Virus record (IMG/VR): IMGVR_UViG_3300050821_007016
Coordinates: 10,648 to 74,647 of that record
DNA length: 64,000 nucleotides
From: a virus
Reading direction: 5' to 3' (one strand)
The notes under the pieces were generated by a model. The model saw only the letters and a list, made by a program, of their open reading frames with translations. It was not told the origin of the DNA and did not search any database. The position numbers and the translations under genes were made by a program. Positions 54,629 to 63,434 of this stretch are shown here, one piece after another. Positions within the stretch are counted from its first letter, which is position 1, and every line of letters begins with the position of its first letter.

Positions 54629-55131
54629 CCCGCCTCTACCGTCCCCACGTCCCCCTCGACGTCCAGTGCATGGTCGCCATGCGTCAGCTGTTCATGACGC
54701 CGGAGGATCGCGCCGACATCTTGAAACGATTCCGCGGCCACTACGGCAAGCTGTTGGATACCCTGCTGATCAGCCTCGCTACGTCCCCGCACATGGACTG
54801 CGCCGTAGCGTCGCTCCAACTTGATCACGATCCGCCGCTCGGTGCGCGAGAACAAATCAAATCCCGACCTCCGGCTCCTTATGCCTATCGACCCGACGCC
54901 AACGACCCCGCCTATCTGGTCTGGCGTGAAGTCGTCGCGCACGGCATCAAGACTCGCGTCCGCGGCGAGCACGGCCAGTACTCCGACCTCGCCCTGATCA
55001 AGCGCGAGCGGCGCAGGAACCGGGAAGTTGCAAAGGCGAAAAAATACCTGGCATCGCGGCCGAAGCAGAAGATCGCCGCGCGCAAGAAGCCGTGGCCGAA
55101 GCGCAAGTTCCCGAAGAGGAGGAAGTCATGA
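54625..55131 (+). CDS. Degenerate HNH-like protein with basic tail
   Basis: LDHDPPL...NDP..L...H..KT. Confidence 0.55.
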   Translation: MTRLYRPHVPLDVQCMVAMRQLFMTPEDRADILKRFRGHYGKLLDTLLISLATSPHMDCAVASLQLDHDPPLGAREQIKSRPPAPYAYRPDANDPAYLVWREVVAHGIKTRVRGEHGQYSDLALIKRERRRNREVAKAKKYLASRPKQKIAARKKPWPKRKFPKRRKS

Positions 55132-55307
55132 TCGACCGGCAAGGCAAGGTGGTACTGATCGAGTGCGATTCCTGCGACGAGGTCTTCCGTCACGACGACG
55201 AGTCGGCGGAGTTCGCCGAGGTGTGGGCCGAGGCCAAGCGCGAGGGCTGGCGCACCAGGAAGATCGGTAACGACTGGGTCCACGGCTGTCCGCGGTGTGG
55301 GGTTTGA
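55128..55307 (+). CDS. Small zinc-finger protein
   Basis: CDSC...AKREGW...HGCPRC. Confidence 0.7.
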   Translation: MIDRQGKVVLIECDSCDEVFRHDDESAEFAEVWAEAKREGWRTRKIGNDWVHGCPRCGV

Positions 55308-55310
55308 CTA

Positions 55311-55691
55311 TTGAGCGAGTTGAATCGAAGAGGATTCTTGGCTGGAATCGGTGCGGCGATCGTCGCGCTGAACGCGCCGGCCATCATCTCGGCCGCGACG
55401 GAGAGATCGTTCGCGCCATTTGTAGTTCCAGCTTCCGATGGCCGATTCACTACATTCAATCTGGCCAACACGATTATCAGCATCGGCCGTCAGGTGGAGG
55501 CCCTTGGTCCGCTGACGATGGCCGAGGCGGAAACCGTTGCCGGCATGATCGAAGATGTCATCAACGACATCCGGCCGATCGGGGTGCGCGTGAGGATGCT
55601 CGCGCCGTTAGATCAGGTGGCCGAAGGCATGTTTCTCATCATCGAATCCGGCCCCGGAAACGTAGACGTGATCGAGGGAGGCAAGGTCTAG
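55311..55691 (+). CDS. Twin-arginine-signal hypothetical protein
   Basis: LNRRGFLAGIGAAIVALNAPA. Confidence 0.65.
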   Translation: MSELNRRGFLAGIGAAIVALNAPAIISAATERSFAPFVVPASDGRFTTFNLANTIISIGRQVEALGPLTMAEAETVAGMIEDVINDIRPIGVRVRMLAPLDQVAEGMFLIIESGPGNVDVIEGGKV

Positions 55692-55693
55692 CG

Positions 55694-56161
55694 ATGGTCG
55701 CCTACAGCTTCAAGGAGCGCTTCGTCGAGCCGATCCAGGTTGGGCTCGGCATCCTGCCGGTCACGCCTAAGCTCATCGATGATCCCAAGCATGGGTACGC
55801 GATCGTGCCGGCGGTGCCGCCGAAGCTGCAGACCATCCGCGCGGTCGGCCGGCGCCGCCACGTTCGTCCGGGAGAGGTCATCCAGCTGTACTACGGGATG
55901 CGCACCAAGCAGTGCAGGTCGATCGGGGTCGGGCGCTGCACGTCGGTTCTGCCGATCAAGATCGAGTTTGTAAAAGCGCCGCCTGAGCCCGGCAGCGTGA
56001 TTTACATAGCCGGCCGTCCACAAGTTCGCGGAGGCGACCTCGACGACTTCGCGCGGCGCGATGGCTTCGCCGACTGGAGCGACATGAAGGACTTCTGGCG
56101 CAAGGAGCACGGTGCGCAGCCGTTCTGCGGACTACTGATCGAATGGGAGAAAATAACATGA
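55694..56161 (+). CDS. ASCH-like domain protein
   Basis: YSFKERF...KLQTIR...LYYGMRTKQC...FARRDGF...FW. Confidence 0.75.
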   Translation: MVAYSFKERFVEPIQVGLGILPVTPKLIDDPKHGYAIVPAVPPKLQTIRAVGRRRHVRPGEVIQLYYGMRTKQCRSIGVGRCTSVLPIKIEFVKAPPEPGSVIYIAGRPQVRGGDLDDFARRDGFADWSDMKDFWRKEHGAQPFCGLLIEWEKIT

Positions 56162-56639
56162 CGACGGACGAAATCTCAAAACTGGCGTCGATGGTGGAGA
56201 GGGCCGACCTGATCATGCTCGCGTTCGGAGATAAGAAAGCCGGCCTGGGGGCCGACATTCAGGAGCGCATCGTGCGCGCCCTCAGGCTGTATGCGGTCAT
56301 TTTGCAATGGACGGAGAAATCATCATGATAAACGACCGACAAAACCCGTTCGCACCTACCCCGATGCATGGCGCGGCCTACGCCGTCGCGCTAGAGACCA
56401 TCGGCGGGATCAACGCCGTCGCCGACTGCGACACGCAGCAGAAATATCGCGCGGTACGGATGCTGCTCGACGAGCTGGAGGCTTGGTGCCTTGGGGAAAG
56501 TCCCGAAGTCGTCGAGGCCTACCAGTGGGGCATCAACAAGGTTGACGCGGACCTGCAGGGGCGGCTCTCGGTCTACGTCAACAGCCGCGCCGTCGCCGCC
56601 GCGCTCGACACGCTGCCACGACCCCCGAGGCACCCATGA
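56158..56639 (+). CDS. Two coupled small hypothetical ORFs (56158-56328, 56325-56639)
   Basis: ATGA overlaps with GGAG RBS. Confidence 0.55.
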
Positions 56640-56768
56640 ACATAGACATCGACATCCTTGCCATTATCGCAGGAATCGCCTGCGCGCTCACCTACCGGGT
56701 CCTGTGCCAGATCGGGCGCACGCTCATTCTCACTGACCAGCGCGACCTGGATACCAGGGAGGACCTAC

Positions 56769-57491
56769 ATGGGAGTGACTAAAATCGAGTGGTGCGACTT
56801 CACGTTCAACCCGTGGGTGGGATGCACGAAGGTGTCGCCGGGCTGTGATAATTGCTACGCCGAGGGCTGGGCCAAGCGCAGCGGTCAGGTCCAGTGGGGC
56901 AACCATCCGCGCCGGCTTACCTCATCCGCCAACTGGCTCAATCCGATAAGGTGGAACAAGCGTGCAAGGGAAGATGGCGTTCGCCGCCGCGTCTTTTGCG
57001 CATCGCTCGCCGACGTTTTTGACAATCAGGTTCCGAAGGAATGGCGAGAGCGTCTGTTCGCATTGATCGATGCAACACCGGACCTCGACTGGCTCCTGCT
57101 CACCAAGCGACCGGAGAACATCGCGAAGCTGCTGCCGGCGCCGCCCATCGATGGCTGGCCGTGGCCGAACGTCTGGTTCGGCACCACTGCCGAGGATCAG
57201 GAGCACTTCGACCGCCGCTGGCCGATCCTCAAGGAGGTCCCGGCCTGGGTGCGGTTCATCAGCTACGAGCCGGCGATCGGGCCACTGAAACTGAAGCCGG
57301 AAGACGTCAAAGGGTTGGACTGGGTGATATGCGGCGGGGAGAGCGGACCTAAGCATAGGGCCATGCCGCTGTGGTGGGCAGAGCTTATCGCCTTCGACTG
57401 CCGGACCTACGGCATCGCGTTTTTCATGAAGCAGATGGCAGGCAAGGCGCCGATCCCGCCTGAGCTGTTAGTAAGGGAGTTCCCAAAATGA
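56769..57491 (+). CDS. DUF5131 (phage Gp37/Gp68) radical-SAM-like protein
   Basis: TKIEWCD.TFNPW.GCTKVSPGCDNCYA...SLADVFD...LTKRPEN...GGESG. Confidence 0.92.
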   Translation: MGVTKIEWCDFTFNPWVGCTKVSPGCDNCYAEGWAKRSGQVQWGNHPRRLTSSANWLNPIRWNKRAREDGVRRRVFCASLADVFDNQVPKEWRERLFALIDATPDLDWLLLTKRPENIAKLLPAPPIDGWPWPNVWFGTTAEDQEHFDRRWPILKEVPAWVRFISYEPAIGPLKLKPEDVKGLDWVICGGESGPKHRAMPLWWAELIAFDCRTYGIAFFMKQMAGKAPIPPELLVREFPK

Positions 57492-57588
57492 CCCAACTGG
57501 AGATCGCGTTTCTGTTCCTGCTCGCTGGCTTGGCGGCGGGCTGGTACGCCACCGACCTGTTCTGGTGGTTCTGGAGGAGGTTCCAGCG

Positions 57589-57759
57589 ATGAGGTACGTC
57601 TATGAGGAGATCGAGCGCGAGATGATGCGGGTGAAGGAGATCATCATGGTCGACCTTCACGGCCTCAAAGCCGACGAAGCCCTGCGGCACCTGGAGGCCG
57701 CGCTCGCCTCGTTCCGAAAGCTGGACTGGGACGTAGTTCCCCAGAACGAGATGCGATAA
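57589..57759 (+). CDS. Small hypothetical protein
   Basis: GGAGG RBS; last gene of the rightward operon. Confidence 0.5.
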   Translation: MRYVYEEIEREMMRVKEIIMVDLHGLKADEALRHLEAALASFRKLDWDVVPQNEMR

Positions 57760-57845
57760 GTCGATTAGAAGGCCTGACGCCGGGCCAGCCGGCCCCGCCG
57801 GTGCGTTATTTCTGGAAATGGCTACCTGCCTAGCCATCGAACGTC

Positions 57846-57882
57846 GAAAGCCCCCAGCGACTTCCGTCAGCAGGGGGCTTTC
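57846..57882. terminator. Stem-loop (gaaagccccc...gggggctttc), possibly a bidirectional terminator
   Basis: 10-bp perfect inverted repeat in a convergent intergenic region. Confidence 0.5.
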
Positions 57883-58084
57883 TGGTTCCCGGGCGGTACA
57901 TCCATGCTCCGGGCTAGTTCCCTGGCGGCGGCCATCCGCCTTCTGGTGCGCCACGCCTTCAATGAGGCCGCGCGCCGGATCGGCACCCTGCAGGTCGCGC
58001 ACATGGTGTAGGGCCTGACCCGGGGCCGCAGGCAGCATCTATAGCAGAGAAGTGGCTGTTGTTGGACAGGCATATGTCGTTGAG

Positions 58085-58118
58085 AAAAAAGGGACCGGCC
58101 GCTTGTGGAGGCCGGTCC
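58085..58118 (-). terminator. Rho-independent terminator of the lysis operon
   Basis: ggaccggcc/ggccggtcc + T6 on the minus strand. Confidence 0.7.
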
Positions 58119-58161
58119 AAGGTCCAATGGGAGGAAACAGGTTCCTTGTGCCTGCGATTCG

Positions 58162-58551
58162 TCAGAATGGCAAGGTGCTCCGGGCGCGCTGCGGCACGGG
58201 TGTTCCGCGGCGATGGCCCTCGCGCCATATCCGGCAGTGGATCGCGATCGCGCGCACCGCCATCGTGATGTTGACCGAGAGGATCAGCAGGAGCAGCGGC
58301 GGCCACGGCTGCCACTGGTGCGATTCCATGTAGTTGACCGACCATAGCAGCGCGAGCGCCGTCATGGCGTGGCCGACGCGACGGGTCCACTGCAGCCACT
58401 TCGGATCGACGCGGTCCTCGTGCTCGTAGCTGGTGAGGCTCATGACGTAGACCGAGAGCAGCGCGCCGGTCAGCGCCAGGATCAGGTGGCAGCGCTGGAG
58501 GTCAGCGACCTCCATGCGGGCGAAGATCAGGTCGAACAGGTGGTCAAGCAT
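58162..58551 (-). CDS. Three-TM membrane protein of the lysis module
   Basis: Hydrophobic segments; coupled to the holin-like gene. Confidence 0.65.
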   Translation of the reverse strand: MLDHLFDLIFARMEVADLQRCHLILALTGALLSVYVMSLTSYEHEDRVDPKWLQWTRRVGHAMTALALLWSVNYMESHQWQPWPPLLLLILSVNITMAVRAIAIHCRIWREGHRRGTPVPQRARSTLPF

Positions 58552-58858
58552 CCTTGCCGTTCCCCTTGTTGAAGGGCGTCCAGGTCTTGGCCGCGGCGAT
58601 GATCCCCTGGATGATGGCCATGCCGCCGACGCCCACTATGAACCCCGACGTGCCCGGTCCTGTTCCCAAATAGTGCGAGAACGGGTCGGAGAGGTAGTTC
58701 GCGGTGAGCGCCCCCACCACCATGCTACCGATGATGGCGAACGGTTCCGACTGCTTGAGGGCGAAGGCCGTCACCACGCCGCCGGCGAACCCGGCCACCA
58801 GGTCGGGTATCTTCACGCCCAGCTGTATCAGGATGCCGGGATCACTTCCGTCTGCCAT
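58544..58858 (-). CDS. Putative holin
   Basis: ~104 aa, 3 TM segments, LVAGFAGGVV...ANYL...FIVGVGGM. Confidence 0.65.
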   Translation of the reverse strand: MADGSDPGILIQLGVKIPDLVAGFAGGVVTAFALKQSEPFAIIGSMVVGALTANYLSDPFSHYLGTGPGTSGFIVGVGGMAIIQGIIAAAKTWTPFNKGNGKDA

Positions 58859-58921
58859 GTTTCCAACCCCTGCACGATTCGGCCCGGCCTGATTTAACAG
58901 GGCCGGGCCGAGGGGCACAAC

Positions 58922-59098
58922 TCACTTAGGCAGCGGTACGTCCCTGCAACCGCCGTCTCCGCGGCAATTGTGATAAGCCGTGACCGCGAGGGCGGTGGCG
59001 GATATGCCTACCCCGGTAAGCGCGATCCCGGTCGCCAAGGGCACCGAGGCGCAGCCGCCGAGCGACAGCGCAAGGGCGAGGGCTGCGAGCGCGCGCAT
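58922..59098 (-). CDS. Small lipoprotein
   Basis: MRALAALALALSLGGC lipobox; below the ORF-track cutoff. Confidence 0.6.
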   Translation of the reverse strand: MRALAALALALSLGGCASVPLATGIALTGVGISATALAVTAYHNCRGDGGCRDVPLPK

Positions 59099-59099
59099 G

Positions 59100-59810
59100 T
59101 CAGAACTCCAGCTTGCTTCCTATGCGGAACGTGTTGCCCGCCTTGACGCAGCCCAGCCCCGATGGGCCGACGCAGACCTGGCTGGTCGGGATCGTGTACT
59201 GGATGAACGGATCGAACACGACGCCGTTGTTCAGCAGCACCTTGTTGCCGATGCCGAAGCCCGCGGAGACCAGGAACTGGTGGAACGGCTGCAGGCCGCT
59301 CTGGTTGCTGATGTCGTCCTCGTTGAGCGCCGCGAACAGGTACGGGTTCGAGGTGTTCACCGCGACGCCAGGGGGCAGCGGGATCAGGCCGGGCAGCTGG
59401 CTCTGCAGCGTGGACAGGCCGGGGATCATGCCGGCGATCAGGTTGATCGGCGCGCCGAAACCGAACCGCTGGGTGAACGAGGCTGGACCGCTGAGCGCGA
59501 AGCCGTTGGTGTTACCGCCGTTGAGGTTGGTGAAGTCGAAGTCGCCGTCGGCGAACCAGAACGCCGCGCCGTTGCCGCCCATCGGGCAGGACCACCCCAC
59601 CGTGACGCCGATCGCGCCCTGCACGACCTGGGTGCCGGCGACCGCGTTGTTGACCTGGCCGGCGGAGCCGCCGACGTTGGCGCCGTAGTAGAGGCCGCAC
59701 TTCGCCGTCGGGTACTGGTAGAACGGCGCCTTGGTCGGCAGGTTGTCCGCCGCAAGCGCGATGGTGGAGATCATCGCCGTGACGATGACGAGCAGGATTC
59801 GTTTGAACAT
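59100..59810 (-). CDS. Outer-membrane beta-barrel protein (Omp25/RopB-like)
   Basis: Signal peptide + ADNLPTKAP...GLYYGANVGG; terminal Phe. Confidence 0.75.
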   Translation of the reverse strand: MFKRILLVIVTAMISTIALAADNLPTKAPFYQYPTAKCGLYYGANVGGSAGQVNNAVAGTQVVQGAIGVTVGWSCPMGGNGAAFWFADGDFDFTNLNGGNTNGFALSGPASFTQRFGFGAPINLIAGMIPGLSTLQSQLPGLIPLPPGVAVNTSNPYLFAALNEDDISNQSGLQPFHQFLVSAGFGIGNKVLLNNGVVFDPFIQYTIPTSQVCVGPSGLGCVKAGNTFRIGSKLEF

Positions 59811-59892
59811 TGAAGTCCCCCTTCGTGCACAATTGCACACTCGGGAGACTACCCTCGGGAATCGTGTTCCGCGCGCAACAGTCCCGATTTTT

Positions 59893-60369
59893 TTAGTGCG
59901 GCACCTCGACGATCGCGCTGATGACGAACAGTAGGTCCCGCGGGTCGATGCAATGCGCCGGCACGCAGGTCGGCGCGTGGCTCGGAAACCAGTTCACGTG
60001 ACGCAGCCCGAGGAACATCTTCGCCGAGCAGATCGCGTGGAACTTGACGTGGTGGTGGCCCTGGATGGCGAAGCCGATGATGGCCTGCCAGTCGTAGGGT
60101 TCGCCGATCGAGTCATAGACCCACTTGTAGAACGCCGCGCGCTGCTCGTCGGTGCAGGGCAGGTCCACGAACAGCTCGCCGCGGAACGGCTCGTCGTAGC
60201 CCTTCTTGCGGGCCTGCATCCCGCCGTCCATGTGCTGGCCGATGTAGAGGTCGCCGTCGACGCACTCGACGTGGCTCGGGTTGATCGGCACGCAGGTGCC
60301 CTCGCGCAGCTCGATCAGGTCGGAGGTGAACGACCCGCCGTCGACGAACCTCAATTTGATGCTGCTCAT
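59893..60369 (-). CDS. Permuted papain-like (NlpC/P60-type) enzyme
   Basis: SHVE...IGEPYDW...ICS (His before Cys). Confidence 0.7.
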   Translation of the reverse strand: MSSIKLRFVDGGSFTSDLIELREGTCVPINPSHVECVDGDLYIGQHMDGGMQARKKGYDEPFRGELFVDLPCTDEQRAAFYKWVYDSIGEPYDWQAIIGFAIQGHHHVKFHAICSAKMFLGLRHVNWFPSHAPTCVPAHCIDPRDLLFVISAIVEVPH

Positions 60370-60905
60370 GATTGCGCCGCCGCCGTCGGGGGGGCTTCCG
60401 AAGGCGGCGGCGACTTCGCGTGGGCCTGTGATACTATCGCAGCCCCGGCCGCGATCTGGGGTATCGCATCCACGATTCTCGCCCCCACCACCTGGGGCGT
60501 CAAGCCGAACCGCTTCAGCGCGCCGGGGATAACCTTCGATGCCTGGTTCACCTCGGCCGCCAGCGCCGTGTTGCTGACCACGACCGTCTTGCCCTCCATC
60601 GCCACCGCGCCGTCGGCGATCAGCGAGGACGCCCGGTTCTTGAGGAACGTCTCCAGAGCGTCGCGCGATTCCTTGTCCATCATCTGGCCGTACTTGGTCT
60701 TGGCGAACCAGGAGAATCCGGCGGCGATCAACAGCTGCACCAGCGTGTCGACGTAGGGCTCCAGCCAGCCGAACGCGGCGAGCCGGATGATGCCGCCGCT
60801 CGGCGCCGGCGCGGCGATCGCGCCCTGCCCGATCGCGAGCTGGGCGAACGCTGGCACCGACGCGACGACAAGAACCACGAAAGCGATGAGCGCGATCTTC
60901 CTCAT
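60366..60905 (-). CDS. Membrane protein (LL-H holin-like position)
   Basis: Signal/TM segments; VPGALKRFGLTP. Confidence 0.55.
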   Translation of the reverse strand: MRKIALIAFVVLVVASVPAFAQLAIGQGAIAAPAPSGGIIRLAAFGWLEPYVDTLVQLLIAAGFSWFAKTKYGQMMDKESRDALETFLKNRASSLIADGAVAMEGKTVVVSNTALAAEVNQASKVIPGALKRFGLTPQVVGARIVDAIPQIAAGAAIVSQAHAKSPPPSEAPPTAAAQS

Positions 60906-61108
60906 GATGATCCCCCGAAAACCTCGTTGACGATCTTAACCGACTCGTCGATCGCCTGCTTCATCTCTCGCAGGCTCGCCCGCAGCTGCCCGTCGGCGGT
61001 GCCGGAATCCTCGGTCACCTCGTTGCGGTAGAACATCTTCAGGCGCTCCCCCAGCTCGTCCAGCCACGCGTCTTCGACCTTGGCCGTTATCTTCGCGCGG
61101 TCGATCAT
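60902..61108 (-). CDS. Hypothetical protein
   Basis: GGAGG RBS; coupled. Confidence 0.55.
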   Translation of the reverse strand: MIDRAKITAKVEDAWLDELGERLKMFYRNEVTEDSGTADGQLRASLREMKQAIDESVKIVNEVFGGSS

Positions 61109-61269
61109 GCGAATGCCTCCCAGACAGCCTCGATTTGGCGCTGGTGCTCCCTTCCGCATTCCACGCACCGCTCGGCCTGCGGCAGCAGCGAGTGCTGCGG
61201 CGGCGGGACCGGCTTGCCGCAGTCGAGGCAAACCTGCTTCGGTGCGCCGATGTCGCGGAACGGCTTCAT
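61105..61269 (-). CDS. TraR/DksA-type C4 zinc-finger micro-protein
   Basis: Manual translation MKPFRDIGAPKQVCLDCGKPVP...LLPQAERCVECGREHQ; ATGA overlaps at both ends. Confidence 0.65.
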   Translation of the reverse strand: MKPFRDIGAPKQVCLDCGKPVPPPQHSLLPQAERCVECGREHQRQIEAVWEAFA

Positions 61270-61445
61270 TTCACCACCAGCCTCGAAATGAGAATCTCGA
61301 CCTCAACCATTTTCACCTGAAGCAGCTCCAGAAGCATCGTCTCGCGGTGGCTCGCGCCCTGCAGGAAGGCGTCGATCGCGCCCCGATAGCTCTTGGACGT
61401 GGCGGACAGGCCGCGCAGCGCTTCGAGGAACGCCTGCCGGGTCAC
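61266..61445 (-). CDS. Small hypothetical protein
   Basis: GTGA/ATGA coupling. Confidence 0.45.
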   Translation of the reverse strand: MTRQAFLEALRGLSATSKSYRGAIDAFLQGASHRETMLLELLQVKMVEVEILISRLVVK

Positions 61446-62278
61446 GACGGCGTTCCCCTCAGGTTCGACAACGCCTCCTTCAGCGCCGCGATGGTCTGCG
61501 CGCCAGCCAGCCCGTCGATGTCGAGCCGCCAATAGTACTGGAAGCCCTCGACCGCGCGCATGGTCTCGCGCCCGTAGCTGCCGTCGACGGAGAGGTCAAT
61601 GCCCAGCTCCTTGAGCGCCTTCTGCACCCACTCCACCGTCACGTCCGGGTGCTCCGGCGCGGTGCCGATGCCGGAGGCGACCGGCGGCGCCGGGACGTAA
61701 GGCACGCTCGGAAGCGCCAGCGACTTGTCCAGCTCGATCATGCGCCGCGCCACCGGGACGATGCCGAGCTGCGCGTCCATCACGGTCGAGTCGAACTTAT
61801 TGTCCGCGGTGTACTTGCCGGCGGTCTGGATGTTCGTGCCGCCCCACAGGTACGGCGAGTGCATCTTGTGCCAGTCGCGATAGCCGAAGCCGTTGAAGGT
61901 CTCGCCGTAGAAGCAGAACAGCTCCCACGTCCAGTTCGCCGCGCCGACGCGGTCCAGGCCGTTGAGCTTGTAGGCCGCGGTCGCCGCGTCGAACCACGTG
62001 CGGAACGGGCCGTTGTAGGGGATGTCCTTGGACCGGCTGGTAAGCGGCCAGCCCTGCGCCGGGTTCCTGGTGAAGTTGCTGCCGGACTCGCGCTCGAAGC
62101 TGGTCGCGATGAACACCACGGGGACGCCGTCAGCGTTCGAGACCTCCTGGTAGCGGGACTTGTAGCCCAGGAGCTTCAGCGCGACCTTCTCGACCTCCGC
62201 CGCGCACTCCGGCCGCACTTCCATCGCGGCGAGCAGCTGGGTGTACTCGGGCTTCAGCTTGGCGAACGGGTGCTCCAT
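61442..62278 (-). CDS. Endolysin (lysozyme-like + C-terminal peptidoglycan-binding domain)
   Basis: RES..NF...E.FNGFGY...SPYLWGGT...GKY..D; VQKALKELG..VDG.YG..T..AV..FQ...DG.AG..T. Confidence 0.9.
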   Translation of the reverse strand: MEHPFAKLKPEYTQLLAAMEVRPECAAEVEKVALKLLGYKSRYQEVSNADGVPVVFIATSFERESGSNFTRNPAQGWPLTSRSKDIPYNGPFRTWFDAATAAYKLNGLDRVGAANWTWELFCFYGETFNGFGYRDWHKMHSPYLWGGTNIQTAGKYTADNKFDSTVMDAQLGIVPVARRMIELDKSLALPSVPYVPAPPVASGIGTAPEHPDVTVEWVQKALKELGIDLSVDGSYGRETMRAVEGFQYYWRLDIDGLAGAQTIAALKEALSNLRGTPS

Positions 62279-62300
62279 CGTCTATTCCCCCTCATCCCCA

Positions 62301-63434
62301 TCATACCACGTTGGTCGCGAACCCGGCGAAGGAGTTCTTGGTCCCGGCGTTGGCTGCTGAGGGCGAGCTGCGGTTTATGCCGATTCCACCCACCGCGCTA
62401 GTCAGGCGCATGTCGTCGACGTTCACGTTGGCCGTCGCTCCGCAATAGACGGCCTCGTTGAAGTTCGAGCAGGTCGCGAGCGCCTGAATCTGGCCCGGCC
62501 CGATCGTAGCGCCGTCGCAGCCCAGCAGGTAGATGCCCGCGCCCGACGACAGTTTCCCCGAGTTCGTCGTCAACTTGAGCATGTCGAAGTTCGACAGCTC
62601 GATCTCGAACGCGCCCCCGAACACCGGCTTGATGGCGCTCTGGACGACCAGGCCGCCCAGCGACGTGCAGTTGCCGCCCATGTACGAGAAGCCGCCCGCG
62701 CCGCCCACCTGCGCCAGCCACATGCCGTAGGCGGTCCCGGTCTGGATGCCCGCGTTGATGCGAATGGTGTCGCCGACGTTGCCGAACATGTAGCAGGCGT
62801 TCGGGCTGGAGCCGTCCACGGTGAACTTGTTGCGGTTGAAGTCCGCCTGCGAGAGTCCGGCGCCCGTCGCCAGCCCGTTCGCCCAGAAGGCGTAGTTGAG
62901 CGGGCTGACAGGCGCGAAGACGTCCTCGACGACGAGGCCCTGCAGGTAGGTGTTGGCCGCCGCCGTGGTGTCGACGTTGATCCAGCTCCGCGCGTTGGCG
63001 ACCAAGAACTTCATCCGCTTGAACGAGAAGTTGCGCAGGGTCTGGCCGGCTGGGACCGCGACTCGGAACAGGTCGGTGTTCGCCGGCAGCGTGCCGGTGA
63101 AGAACGTGGCGTCGCCGTCGCCGATGACGTTGATCGGCGTCGTGAGCGTGAAACCATTGGAGACCAGGTAACCGCCCACGGTGCCAGGTATCCACAGACT
63201 TCCGCCGGGAGGAACAGCCGGGATGGCCGAGGCGATGGCCGCCGTGGAGTCGTGCCCGGCGGTGCCGGCGAGCGCGTCGAACTGCTGCGGAAAGACCACG
63301 GGACCGAGCGGCCCGGCGGACGATCCTCCACCCCCGGACGGGATCGCGGCGACCTGCGCTTGCAGCGCGGCGATCGACGCCTGCTGGGCGTTGACCTGAT
63401 TAACCAAGGCCGCGATGTCGTCGGTCAGGCTCAC
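62301..63434 (-). CDS. Tail spike / pectate-lyase-like beta-helix protein with N-terminal coiled coil
   Basis: HDSTAAIASAI...LWIPG...YLVS...IGDG. Confidence 0.7.
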   Translation of the reverse strand: MSLTDDIAALVNQVNAQQASIAALQAQVAAIPSGGGGSSAGPLGPVVFPQQFDALAGTAGHDSTAAIASAIPAVPPGGSLWIPGTVGGYLVSNGFTLTTPINVIGDGDATFFTGTLPANTDLFRVAVPAGQTLRNFSFKRMKFLVANARSWINVDTTAAANTYLQGLVVEDVFAPVSPLNYAFWANGLATGAGLSQADFNRNKFTVDGSSPNACYMFGNVGDTIRINAGIQTGTAYGMWLAQVGGAGGFSYMGGNCTSLGGLVVQSAIKPVFGGAFEIELSNFDMLKLTTNSGKLSSGAGIYLLGCDGATIGPGQIQALATCSNFNEAVYCGATANVNVDDMRLTSAVGGIGINRSSPSAANAGTKNSFAGFATNVV

